Origin: an uncultured Chloroflexia bacterium
Lineage (GTDB): Bacteria > Chloroflexota > Limnocylindria > Limnocylindrales > CSP1-4
Length of the DNA stretch: 64,000 bases
NCBI GenBank assembly: GCA_963721015.1
Contig: CAVRHM010000002.1
Coordinates: 258,924 to 322,923, forward strand
Direction: 5' to 3'
Positions 19,288 to 29,050 of this stretch are shown here, one piece after another. The notes below the pieces were generated by a model, which saw only the letters and a program-made list of their open reading frames with translations, was not told the DNA's origin and did not search any database. Positions within the stretch are counted from its first letter, which is position 1; each line of letters begins with the position of its first letter. Both the position numbers and the translations under genes were made by a program.

Positions 19288-20079
19288 GCGCGCCGGACGC
19301 CGGACCGCGTCGCCAGGAGGTCCCGGTCGCGCCGGTGCTGGCCGTGCGCGACGGCGTGAAGCGGTTCGGTGGGGTGCTGGCCCTCGACCATGTCTCGCTG
19401 TCGATCCGGGCCGGCGAGGTCGTGGCCTTGCTCGGCGACAACGGCGCCGGGAAGTCGACGCTGATCAAGTGCCTGCGCGGGCGTCCACCGCCTCGATGCG
19501 GGCACGGTCGAGATGGACGGGTCACCGGTTCGTATCGACTCTCCGGCGGCGGCGCAGGCGCTGGGCATCGAGACCGTCTACCAGGACCTCGCGCTGTTCG
19601 ACAACCTCGACCCGGCCGCCAACTTCTACGCCGGGCGCGAGCTGTCCTGGCCCGCACTGGTTGCCGCGCTGGCTCCGGCTCCTGCGCCCCGGCGAGATGC
19701 GACCGAGCAACGAGGCACTTCTCGACGGCTGCGGGTCACCTTGCCGACAGGAAGCCTGACGGTCGGCCTGATGTCGGGCGGCCAGCGCCAGGCCGTCGCC
19801 GTCGCGCGCGCCGCGGCGTTCGCGTCGCGGGTCGTGATCCTCGACGAGCCGACCGCCGCGCTGGGGGCGCGCGAGTCCCGAAGCGTGCTCGACCTGATCA
19901 TCCGGCTGCGGGACCAGGGCCAGGCCGTCGATCGTCATCTCGCACGCCCTCGATCACGTCATCGAGGTCGCCGATCGGGCCGTCGTCATGCGCCGCGGGC
20001 GCGTCGTCGGCGAGGAGCGATCCCCACCCGCGAGAACCAGCCGCGGATCGTGTCGCTGATCGTCGGAGGTGAAGCGTGA
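19284..20079 (+). pseudogene. Single-NBD sugar ABC transporter ATP-binding protein (FrcA-like), frame breaks as sequenced
   Basis: Walker [10 protein letters not shown], signature LSGGQRQ (read as [14 protein letters not shown]) and Walker [13 protein letters not shown] are distributed over the frames of track ORFs 18924, 19513 and a third frame. Confidence 0.75.
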
Positions 20080-20165
20080 GTCGATGACGACGCGCCGCGC
20101 TGCACGGACGTCCACCGTATGGAGGACCGGCCCCGGGTCACCGGAGGCAGATGGAAGGACCGACG

Positions 20166-21165
20166 ATGAGATCGACGACGAATCCTGTTCGCCCTCGCGA
20201 TGCTGTTCGCCGTCGCCGCGTGCTCGACGGCGCGGCCAGTGACGCCCCCAGCGCCGCCCCGACGACGGCCGCATCGACGGCTGCCAGCGAGGCCCCGGCT
20301 CCGCGGCCGCCGACAAGCTCAAGATCGGGCTGATCACGAAGTTCCCGGTCGACTTCTTCTACACCATCGAGGACGCCGCCAAGGACGTGGGCCGCGGCAC
20401 ATCCCGACGTCGAACTGGTCACCGGCCAGGGCAAGGCCGGCGACGACCATGAGGGTCAGATCGCGATCATCGAGTCGATGGTCGCGCAGGGCGTGCAGGG
20501 CATCGCGGTGACGCCGACCGGGCCGCAGGTCCAGCCGGCGCTCGATGCCGCGGTCGAAGCCGGGGTCAAGATCGTCCTGATCGACAACGACCTGCCTGAC
20601 TGGACCGGCAAGACGGCGGTCGTCGCGACCGACAACCACGCCGGCGGCGTGCTCGCGGGCCAGTGGCTCGAAGGAGACGCTGCAGGCCGGAGACACGCTC
20701 GGCGTCCTGGAGGGCGTTGCCGGCGTGCCGGCGCTGGACGCCCGCGTCGAGGGCATGGTCGAGGGCCTCGACGGACCTCGACGTCAACGTCGTCCAGCAG
20801 CTGCCGACCGATTGCGACCAGGTCAAGGGTCGTCGACGCGGCGCGAGTCGATCCTCACGGCCAACCCGGACGTGAAAGCGATCTACGGCGCGTGCGGGCC
20901 GCCGATCATCGGCGCGCTCGAGGCCATCAAGAACGCGGGCCGGACGCCCGACAGCATCGTCGTGGTCGGCTTCGACGCCTCCCCGGATGAGGTCGCCGCG
21001 ATCGAGGCCGGGACCCAGGACGCGAGCGTCGCGCAGTTCCCGGCCAAGATGGGCGAGCTGGGCGTCGACACCGTCTACAAGGCCGTCAAGGGCGAGACCG
21101 TGGAGCCGCAACGTGGATACGGGACCGCGATGGTCACCGAGGACAACGCCGCCGACTTCCAGTAG
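20166..21165 (+). pseudogene. Periplasmic sugar-binding lipoprotein (RbsB/FrcB-like), several frame breaks as sequenced
   Basis: RBS GGAAGGA with ATG at 20166. Lipoprotein signal LFALAMLFAVAAC is in a second frame. Core fragments: KIGLITKFPVDFFY, MVAQGVQGIAVTPTG, KIVLIDNDLP, VVATDNHAGGVLAG, NPDVKAIYGACGPPIIGALEAIKNAGR, VVGFDASPDEVAAI. Confidence 0.7.
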
Positions 21166-21174
21166 ATCCGCAGC

Positions 21175-21206
21175 GCGGGGTGCCGGGGCTCCTCCCGGCA
21201 CCCCGC
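21175..21206 (+). terminator. 13-bp perfect stem-loop after the binding-protein gene (terminator/attenuator or mRNA-stabilising hairpin)
   Basis: GCGGGGTGCCGGG-GCTCCT-CCCGGCACCCCGC, 10 nt downstream of the TAG at 21163-21165. No U-tract. Confidence 0.45.
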
Positions 21207-21249
21207 TGATCCACCCGATCGACAGCTGATCACCGACTCGGAGCAACGA

Positions 21250-22625
21250 GTGCCGACCATCACCGCCAGTCGTCGTCGCACGACATCCGATTCCCGACCT
21301 CCGCGACGCTCGACGGCTCGGATGCGATGAACCGTGCGCCCTGACTACTCCGCCGCCTACGTGGTCCTCACGACCGACGCCGCGGACGGCGGTGGAGGGC
21401 CACGGCCTGACCTTCACCACGGGCCGCGGCAACGAGCTGTGCGTCGCGGCGATCGGAGTCGCTTGGCCCCGCTCGTCGTCGGGCTCACGTCTCGAGGAGA
21501 TCGAGGCGGACCCGGGGCCTTCTGGATGGCGCTCGTCGGGCGACGGCCAGCTGCGCTGGGTCGGCCCCGAGAAGGGCGTCATCCACCTCGCGACCGCGGC
21601 GATCGTCAACGCCGTCTGGGACCTGTTCGCCAAGCGGGCGGGCAAGCCGCTCTGGAAGTACCTCGCGGACATGTCGCCCGGAGCGAGCTCGTGCGGGCGG
21701 TCCCGTTCCGCCACATCACGGACGCCCTCACGCCCGCGCAGGCGCTCGAGCTGCTGCGCCGACAGGAGCCGGGCAAGCGCGGCCCGCGAGGCGCGAGCTC
21801 CGCGCGACCGGCTACCCCGCCTACACGACGTCGAGCGGCTGGCTCGGCTACCCGGACGACAAGGTCCGCCGGCTTGCGCCGGGAGGGCGTGGCGGCGGGC
21901 TGGACGCACTTCAAGCTCAAGGTCGGCCGCGACCTCGATGACGACGTCCGGCGGGCGCGCGATCATGCGCGAGGAGATCGGGACGGACCGCGTCCTGATG
22001 GTCGACGCCAACCAGGCTTGGGACGTCGACCAGGCGATCGACGGCGATGCGATGCGCTCGCGCCGTTCACGGCCGCTGTGGATCGAGGAGCCGACGAGCC
22101 CCGACGACATCCTCGGCCACGCGCGGATCGCCCGCGCCATCGAGCCGCTCGGCATCCGTGTCGCGACCGGCGAGCACTGCCACAACCGGGTCATGTTCAA
22201 GCAGCTCTTCCAGGCGCGAGGCCATCGGCTATCTGCCAGATCGACGCCTGCCGGCTCGGCGGCGTCAACGAGGTCCTCGCCGTGCTGCTGCTCGCCGCGA
22301 AGTTCGGCGTCCCGGTCTGCCCGCACGCGGGTGGCGTCGGGCTGTGCGAGTACGTCCAGCACCTCGCGATGTTCGACTACATCGCCGTCAGCGGATCGCT
22401 CGATGGGCGGGTCGTCGAGTACGTCGACCACCTGCACGAGCACTTCGTCGACCCGGTCCGCGTCCGGGACGGGCGGTACCTCGTCCCGGAGGCGCCCGGC
22501 TACAGCATCACGATGAAGGCGGCGTCGCTCGAGCACTTTGCGTTCCCGGACGGGCCGGCCTGGAGTGACGGCCTGGAGACCGCGGGCTCAAGGTGGCCCC
22601 GGTGGGCGTCGGGGATCTCGGATGA
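21250..22625 (+). pseudogene. fucD: Enolase-superfamily L-fuconate dehydratase (FucD-like), many frame breaks as sequenced
   Basis: Long stretches closely resemble FucD as I remember it: PDYSAAYVVL, GHGLTFTTGRGNE, QLRWVGPEKGVIHLATAAIVNAVWDL, LWIEEPTSPDDILGHA, IDACRLGGVNEVLAVLLLAAKFGVPVCPHAGGVGLCEYVQHLAMFDY, VDHLHEHFVDPVRVRDGRY. Fragments lie in all three frames. The inferred stop shares ATGA with the SDR start. Confidence 0.8.
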
Positions 22626-23402
22626 CCGGCCGGCTCGACGACAGGTGTGCCTGGTCACCGGCGGCGGCAGCGGGATCGGCAGAGCGACGTGCCTGCGGTT
22701 CGCGGCGGAGGGCGCGAGCGTGGCGGTCGCGGACGTCGACCGGGCCGCAGCCGCCGAGACCGTGGCCGCGATCACCGCGGCGACCGGGCGCGACGGTCGT
22801 CGCGGTCGCCGTCGACATCGACGTGACGGATGAGCGCTCGTGTGCGGCGGCCGCGGCCGAGGTCATCGGCGCCTTCGGTCGGATCGACGTCCTCTTCAAC
22901 AACGCGGGGATCGCCGGGGTCGGGACGGTCGAGGAGACCTCACTCGAGCTGTGGGAGCGGGTGATGGCCGTCAACGTCCGCGGCGTGTTCCTCGTCGCCA
23001 AGGCGGTCCTGCCGGTCATGGTCGCCGCCGGACGCGGGTCGATCATCAACATGTCGTCGACGATCGCCGAGATCGGCCTGGCGCGACGGGCCTCGTACGC
23101 GGCGTCGAAGGGGGCGGTCCTGGCCCTCACGCGCCAGATGCAGGCCGACTACGCCGCCCACGGGATCCGGGTCAACGCGCTGCTGCCCGGGACGATCCAC
23201 ACCCCGTTCGTCGACCGCTACCTGCCGAGAGCTACGACGATCCGGTCGCCGGCCTCGAGAACTCCGGAAGCGCCAGCTCACCGGGGACCTCGGTCGGCCG
23301 GAGGACGTCGCCGCCGCGGCGCTGTTCCTTGCCTCGGACGAATCGCGGTTCGTTCTGGGCTCCGGCCTGTTCGTGGACGGCGGCGTGCGCGGCGCGAAGT
23401 GA
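22622..23402 (+). pseudogene. Short-chain dehydrogenase/reductase (2-keto-3-deoxy-L-fuconate dehydrogenase-like), frame breaks as sequenced
   Basis: VCLVTGGGSGIGRA, NNAGIAG, SYAASKGAV (YxxxK), RVNALLPGTIHTP and the C-terminal LFLASDESRFVLGSGLFVDGG are found in alternating frames. TGA at 23400-23402. Confidence 0.75.
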
Positions 23403-23409
23403 GCGGTCC

Positions 23410-24284
23410 ATGCGGCTGTTGAGCCACGCGGTCAAGGACGGCGAGGATCGGCTCGCCGTCGGCCGTCGGCGTCGGCCGTGCCGTCGACGTCGAGCACCTG
23501 CTCGGTGGGGGCGCCGTGGTCGATGGGGCGGCTCCTGACTGACTCGCCCGGGACCCTCGCGCGCCTGCGTGATGCCCTCGAACGCACTGGATGCGGCCGC
23601 CACGCGATCCATCTCGGAGCTCCGGTTGCTGGCCCCGGTGCCCCGCCCCGGCAAGATCGTGGCCGTCGGCCGCAACTACCGCGAACACGCGGCCGAGGAG
23701 CGGGCTGCCGTGCCCGACGCCCCGCTGCTGTTCGCCAAACTGCCGAGCGCGGTCGTCGGGACCGAGGCCGTCGTCACCTGGTCGGCTGGCTGACCCGCAG
23801 GTGGACTACGAGGCCGAACTCGCGGTCGTGATCGGGCGGCGGGCGCGGAACATCGAGGTGGGCGAGGCCCTCGACTTCGTGTTGGGTTATACCTGCCTCA
23901 ACGACGTCTCCGCGCGCGATCTCCAGGTCCTGGACGGGCAGTGGACGCGGGCGAAGGGACTCGACACCTTCTGTCCGATGGGTCCCTGGGTCGTGACGAC
24001 CGACGAGGTCCCGGACGCGACAGACCTGCGCGTCCGCTGCCGGGTGAATGGCGAGACGCGCCAAGACGCTTCAACGGGTGAACTCGTCCATTCCGTCGCG
24101 GCGCTGCATCGCCCACTGCTCGCGTTCGTTCACCCTGGAGCCAGGGGACGTGATCGCCACGGGCACGCCGGGAGGCGTCGGCGCATTCGCTGTGCCGCCG
24201 GTCTTCCTTCGCGATGGCGATGTCGTCGAGGTCGAGATCGACGGGCTCGGAACGCTCCGCAACGCGTGTCGGGTCCTACCGTGA
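23410..24284 (+). pseudogene. Fumarylacetoacetate-hydrolase (FAH) family hydrolase (2,4-diketo-3-deoxy-L-fuconate hydrolase-like), at least 5 frame breaks as sequenced
   Basis: Fragments: [116 protein letters not shown]. Confidence 0.75.
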
Positions 24285-25560
24285 CCGCTCGACCCCGGAC
24301 TCGACCGGTCCGCCTCGCCTACGGCGTCGACGGCCTCGATGTCGACCGTGCCGGAGGATGCGACGGTGGTCGAGCCCCAGCATCGGGCAGCGGTCTCGGA
24401 CGAGGTGGCGGCTGTCAGGGTCGCCCTCGATCGACCGGTCAGCGGCCTGCCGCTGCGAGCCTGCATCCGGCCGGGCTCCCGAGTCGCCATCTCGGTCTGC
24501 GATGCCACCAGGCCCCAGCCGCGTGAGCCGATGCTGGCTGCGATCGCGCAGGTCCTCGATGGGGTCGTCGAACGACGACGACGTCGTCGTCCTGATCGCC
24601 ACCGGCACGCACGCGGCGAGCACCCACGCCCAGCGCCGGGAGATGCTCGGGGAGGACATCCTCCGGCGTTGGCAGGTCGTGGATCACAACGCGAGAGCAC
24701 CTTCGGAGTTGACATGGCTCGGGCACATCGAGGATGTGCCCGTGTGGCTGAACCGGCGCTGGGTCGACGCGGACGTTCGCATCACGACGGGCTTCGTTGA
24801 ACCACACTTCTTCGCGGGATTCAGTGGAGGCCCCAAGATGGTCGCGCCGGGATTGGCAGGACTGCAGACCGTCCTTGCCTTGCACAGCCCGGCAAGGATC
24901 GCCGATCCGCGGGCCACGTTTGCCGTGATCCAGGGCAATCCGGTCCACGATGCGGTCCGCGCGATCGCCGCCTCGACCGGCGTCACGTTCTCGGTGGACG
25001 TGCTGCTCGACGAGGCGCATCGGATCACGCATGCGTTCGGCGGCCCGGTGCTCGAGGAACACGCGGTCGCCTGCCAGGTGGCGCGAGAGGTCGCGATGCA
25101 GCCGGTCGACGCTCTGTACGACATCGTCGTCACCACGAATAGCGGATATCCGCTGGACCGCAATCTCTACCAGACGGTGAAGGGGATGGCGGCCGCCGCG
25201 ACCATCGTGGCTCCGGGCGGGACGATCATCTGTGCTTCCGAGTGTCGCGACGGGATCCCTGACGACGGGTCGTATGGCGACCTCTTGCGGCGTTCGACCG
25301 GGATCGCGGCGGCGGCGTCGACGGTGATGAGCGCCAACCCTCCCATCCCGGATGGCTGGCAGGTCCAGGTGCAGGCCCGCGTCCAGGAACGCGCAACGGT
25401 CCTGCTGCGTTCGGCGATCACGCCAGGAATCGTTCGCGGCTCCCACCTCGAGCCGATCGACGACGTTGGGGCGGCCGTCGATGACCTCCTCGAACGTCAT
25501 GCCGACGCGCGCGTCTGTGTCCTACCGGAGGGGCCCCAGACCGTCCCATACGTCGCATGA
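24281..25560 (+). pseudogene. LarA-family (nickel-pincer-nucleotide dependent) 2-hydroxyacid racemase/epimerase homolog, frame breaks in the first third as sequenced
   Basis: GTG 24281 overlaps the FAH stop (GTGA). The N-terminal fragments are in three frames. From about 24570 there is one clean frame (track ORF 24214..25560) carrying LIATGTH, GFVEPHFFAGFSGGPK, LALHS and GNPVH. Confidence 0.7.
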
Positions 25561-25574
25561 CCGGGCGCGTCGGG

Positions 25575-26081
25575 TCACTCGGGCGACGCCCCTCGGCGGT
25601 CGACCAACTCGGCGACCCAGTCTCGGAGCCGCGGCAGGTGCTCCTCGAAATGCTCCGCCGCCGACTTCCGGATCCACCACGCCGCCTCATCGGTCGGATC
25701 TCGGAGCCCGTACCACGTCTGGAGCATGACCGTTCGGCCGGCGTTGGCCTGGACCCAGGCCACGTCCCACGGCTGACCGACCATAGCCCGAACGAACGAT
25801 GCGTTGAGCGCATCGATGTCGATGTCGTGGCCTTCGTACGTCCCGGCCTGGATGCGCTCGAACTGGATGGCCGCCTCCGCCAGCCACGTGCCGAGATGGG
25901 CGACGACGTCGCGCACGGTCCAGTCAGGATCGCGGTAGTAGCCGGGCTCGAGGCATTCCTCGGGCCGGAGCGTCTGGATCAGCCCGACGACCTCGTACCA
26001 GCCGAGGCGTTCGGCCTCGATGTCGGCCGCGTGCGGGTGAAGTTCGCGTGGAGCCGAGGCCGCCTTCCGTCCCTCGCTCAT
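25575..26081 (-). CDS. DinB-superfamily / DfsB(ClbS)-like four-helix-bundle protein, paralog 1 (function unknown)
   Basis: Track ORF 25575..26081, intact. Contains DPDWTVRDVVAHLGTW and a C-terminal WIRKSAAEHFEEHL segment. Paralogous to 26476..27024. ATGA overlap with the rhodanese gene. Confidence 0.45.
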   Translation of the reverse strand: MSEGRKAASAPRELHPHAADIEAERLGWYEVVGLIQTLRPEECLEPGYYRDPDWTVRDVVAHLGTWLAEAAIQFERIQAGTYEGHDIDIDALNASFVRAMVGQPWDVAWVQANAGRTVMLQTWYGLRDPTDEAAWWIRKSAAEHFEEHLPRLRDWVAELVDRRGASPE

Positions 26082-26479
26082 GGTTTGGTCACGAAATCGC
26101 CTTCGAGCGGCAGCCCGGCCTCCTCCCAGTCGAGCAGCCCGCCCGCGTAGCGCCGGACGTGGCGATAGCCACGCCGGACGAGATCGCGATACAGGGCCAC
26201 GCTCGAGAGGCAGTCGACGTGCGAGCAGTAGACGACGACCTCATCGTCCGGGCGCACCGCGGCGTACAAGGCCTCCGGAGTGTCGAAGTGGAGCGAGGTC
26301 GGGATGTGCTTGGCCTCGAACGCCCAGCGGTTGAGGGCCATGATCAGCTTGAGATCGTCGCCGCGGTCGAGCTTCGCCTTGAGCTCCTCGCGGCCGATCG
26401 TCCGGATCGGCTCGGGGCCCAGGGCAGCAGATGGGGTCGGCTGGTCCATGACCGGCTCATCATCGGGCAAGCGGCTCAC
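26078..26479 (-). CDS. Single-domain rhodanese-like sulfurtransferase
   Basis: Track ORF 26078..26479, intact. Active-site-loop region VVVYCSHVDCLSS, followed by RRYAGGLLDWEEAGLPLE. Has 4-nt overlaps with both flanking genes. Confidence 0.7.
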   Translation of the reverse strand: MSRLPDDEPVMDQPTPSAALGPEPIRTIGREELKAKLDRGDDLKLIMALNRWAFEAKHIPTSLHFDTPEALYAAVRPDDEVVVYCSHVDCLSSVALYRDLVRRGYRHVRRYAGGLLDWEEAGLPLEGDFVTKP

Positions 26480-27024
26480 GGGTCTCGTTCATCGACGCGG
26501 GGACGTGTGCGCAGGTCGATGAGCTCCGCGGTCCACGCACGCAACCGGTCAAGGTGCTCGCCGTAGTGCTCGGCGCCGGCCTTGCGCACCCAGCGGTCGG
26601 CCGCGGCCGACCGGCCGCTGAGGGCGAACCAGGCTTCAAGCATCCAGGCCCGAGCGGCGGTCGCCTCTGACCAGACGAGGTCCCACGGCTCCGACTTGTG
26701 GGCCGCCAGGGTCTCGGCATTGCGGCGATCGATGTCGACGTCATGGGGATCGTAGGTCCGCGACGCGATCTTCAGGAGCTCGGCCCTGGCTTCGGCGTGC
26801 CACCAGCCGAGGTGCGCGACGAGATCCTTGGCGCTCCAGTCCGGATCTCGGAAGTAGCCCGGAGCGATGCGCTCGTCGGGCGTGAGCAGTCCGAGGAGCT
26901 CGGTGATCGCGGCCCACCGCGAGGCCTCGAGATCGACCTCGGCGGTGATCGCTGGATCCGGATCCGGCTGGCGATGGAGTGCACTGGTCGGCATGGCAGG
27001 TCCTTCGAGTGCGTGGTCGGTCAT
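26476..27024 (-). CDS. DinB-superfamily / DfsB(ClbS)-like four-helix-bundle protein, paralog 2 (function unknown)
   Basis: Track ORF 26476..27024, intact. Contains DPDWSAKDLVAHLGWW and WVRKAGAEHYGEHL. Starts 4 nt after the NuoB-like stop. Confidence 0.45.
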   Translation of the reverse strand: MTDHALEGPAMPTSALHRQPDPDPAITAEVDLEASRWAAITELLGLLTPDERIAPGYFRDPDWSAKDLVAHLGWWHAEARAELLKIASRTYDPHDVDIDRRNAETLAAHKSEPWDLVWSEATAARAWMLEAWFALSGRSAAADRWVRKAGAEHYGEHLDRLRAWTAELIDLRTRPRVDERDP

Positions 27025-27028
27025 GCGC

Positions 27029-27730
27029 CTAGATGTCGTTCGGTACCGTCGGTCCGATCGCCCGATCCGGCCAATGACCGCGACGATCCTTGATGCGCTG
27101 TTGCAGCTGCATCATCCCGTAGATGAGCGCCTCGGGCCGCGGAGGACAGCCCGGGATGTAGACGTCGACGGGCATGATCCGATCGATCCCCTGGATGGTC
27201 GAATAGCTTCGCTTGTAGCGACCGCCCGAGCAGGTGCAGTCGCCCAGGGCGATGCACCACTTGGGCTCGGGCATCTGCTCCCACAGCCGGATGAGTGGTC
27301 CGGCCATCTTCGTCGTGCACGTGCCGGCGACGATCAGGACGTCGGCCTGGCGGGGACTCGCCCGGAACGGGAACATGCCCCATCGGTCCATGTCGTTCTT
27401 GCTGGTCGCCGCCGAGATCATCTCGATGGCGCAGCACGCGAGCCCGGAGAGCAACGGCCACAGGCTGTTCATCCGGATCAGGTCGAGCACGACGTCAGCG
27501 CGCGACGGGATGATCTCGAGGCGGCCCGACCAACGGGCATCGTCGCGACGACCGCGGCCGCTCGCCCCGAACTCGGCCAGATGCGTGATGTCGCTCTGCT
27601 GATCGCCCCCGTTGGCCCCCGGGTCGGCCGCCGTCCATTCGGTGTTCGGCACCACGATCGGCACCTCGGCGGCGTCGGGCACGTCGAGGTGGATCGGGCG
27701 GACATCGATGGCGGGATCGGCGGCACCCAC
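27029..27730 (-). CDS. NuoB/Nqo6-like [4Fe-4S] protein (complex I 20-kDa subunit homolog), not next to any other nuo gene
   Basis: C-terminal ~170 aa of track ORF 27029..27967: [66 protein letters not shown]. All four N2-cluster Cys positions are present. The start is uncertain: GTG 27730 lies just after the upstream stop, and GTG 27655 has a GAGG 8 nt upstream. Confidence 0.7.
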   Translation of the reverse strand: MGAADPAIDVRPIHLDVPDAAEVPIVVPNTEWTAADPGANGGDQQSDITHLAEFGASGRGRRDDARWSGRLEIIPSRADVVLDLIRMNSLWPLLSGLACCAIEMISAATSKNDMDRWGMFPFRASPRQADVLIVAGTCTTKMAGPLIRLWEQMPEPKWCIALGDCTCSGGRYKRSYSTIQGIDRIMPVDVYIPGCPPRPEALIYGMMQLQQRIKDRRGHWPDRAIGPTVPNDI

Positions 27731-27741
27731 GGGGATCTCGG

Positions 27742-28975
27742 CTACCGCACCGCGCGGAACGCGGCGCGGAGCTCCTCGCTGAAGAGCTGCGGCTGCTCCC
27801 AGGCCGCGAAGTGGCCGCCCCGATCGACTTCGTTGAAGTAGATGAGGTTGGGATAGGCCCGCTCTGCCCACGTCCGAGGCGCCTGGTACTGCTCGCCGGG
27901 AAAGACGGTGATGGCCACGGGGATGGCGACGCCCTTGGCATCGAAGAAGCCACCTCGGTATTCCCAATAGAGGCGCGACGCGGAGATCCCGGTGTTGGTG
28001 AACCAGTAGAGCGTGATGTTGTCGAGGATCTCGTCACGGGTCAGTTCGCCCGTGATGCTCGTCGAGCGGTCCAGGGCTGCCGCGACGGCCGCAGCCGGCT
28101 GGTCGTCGGCGTCGTTGTGGTCGAGCAGCCATGCGGCCAGCCCGACCGGTGAGTCCGCGATGCCGTACAAGGTCTGCGGGCGTGCGGCCATCATCCGCGC
28201 GTACTCGACCTGCTTGAAGGTTCTGATGAGCTGCTCATACGCTTGTCGTTCCGCGGCCGACAGCCCGGCTGGCGGCGGGTCTCCGGCCAAGGCGGCGTCA
28301 TTGACGTCCGCGGGAACGGTGGCCGGCATGTTGGTGTGGATGGCGAGCAACCCATCGGGTGCCTGCAGGCCCATCTGGTCGACGACGAACGCTCCCCAGT
28401 CGCCGCCCTGAGCCACGTAGCGATCGTAGCCGAGGCGCTGCATCAGTCGTGCCCACGCCCGGCCCATGCGCTCGGGGCCCCACCCGGTGCTCGTCGGCTT
28501 CGCGGAGAACCCGTAGCCCGGCATCGATGGGATCACGACGTGGAAGGCGTCCGCGCTGGTCCCGCCATGTGCCGTGGGATCGGTCAGGCGCTCGACGATC
28601 TTCAGCTGTTCGATGATCGAGCCGGGCCACCCGTGATTGACGATGAGGGGCAACGCGTCCTCGTGCGCAGAACGAACATGGATGAAGTGGATGTCGAGCC
28701 CGTCGATCTCAGTGATGAACTGCGGCAGGGCGTTCAGGTTCGTCTCGCATCGTCGCCAGTCGTAGTCCGCCGCCCAGTAGCGGGCGAGCTTCTGGATCAT
28801 CGCGAGCGGCACACCCTGGGACGCATCCGGGACCGTCTCCCGCTCGGGCCAGTTGGTCGCCGCGATCCGTCGCCGCAGGTCATCGACGGCCGCCTGCGGG
28901 ACATCGACCCTGAAGGGCCGGATCGATCTCGTCCCCGGTGACGGCAGGCCCGCGAGTGGGGGCATGGGTCGACAT
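27742..28975 (-). CDS. Epoxide hydrolase (EHN N-terminal domain + alpha/beta hydrolase), paralog 1
   Basis: Track ORF 27742..28965: [47 protein letters not shown] strong RBS AGGAGGGA precedes an out-of-frame ATG at 28975 whose product (MSTHAPT...) resembles the paralog N-terminus. This suggests a 1-nt indel near 28918-28935; otherwise the start is ATG 28965. Confidence 0.8.
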
Positions 28976-29050
28976 CTCAGTCCCTCCTGATCCTTGGCAA
29001 GCCCGCCGCGTCGGGATGCCGACGGATCCGGGCGCGAGTGCGTACGAGGC

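Noticed and set aside
27731-27967. N-terminal extension of the NuoB-like ORF back to ATG 27967.
   Set aside because: It overlaps the 3' end of the well-supported epoxide hydrolase gene in another frame and is R/G-rich. A GTG right after the upstream stop is a more plausible start.
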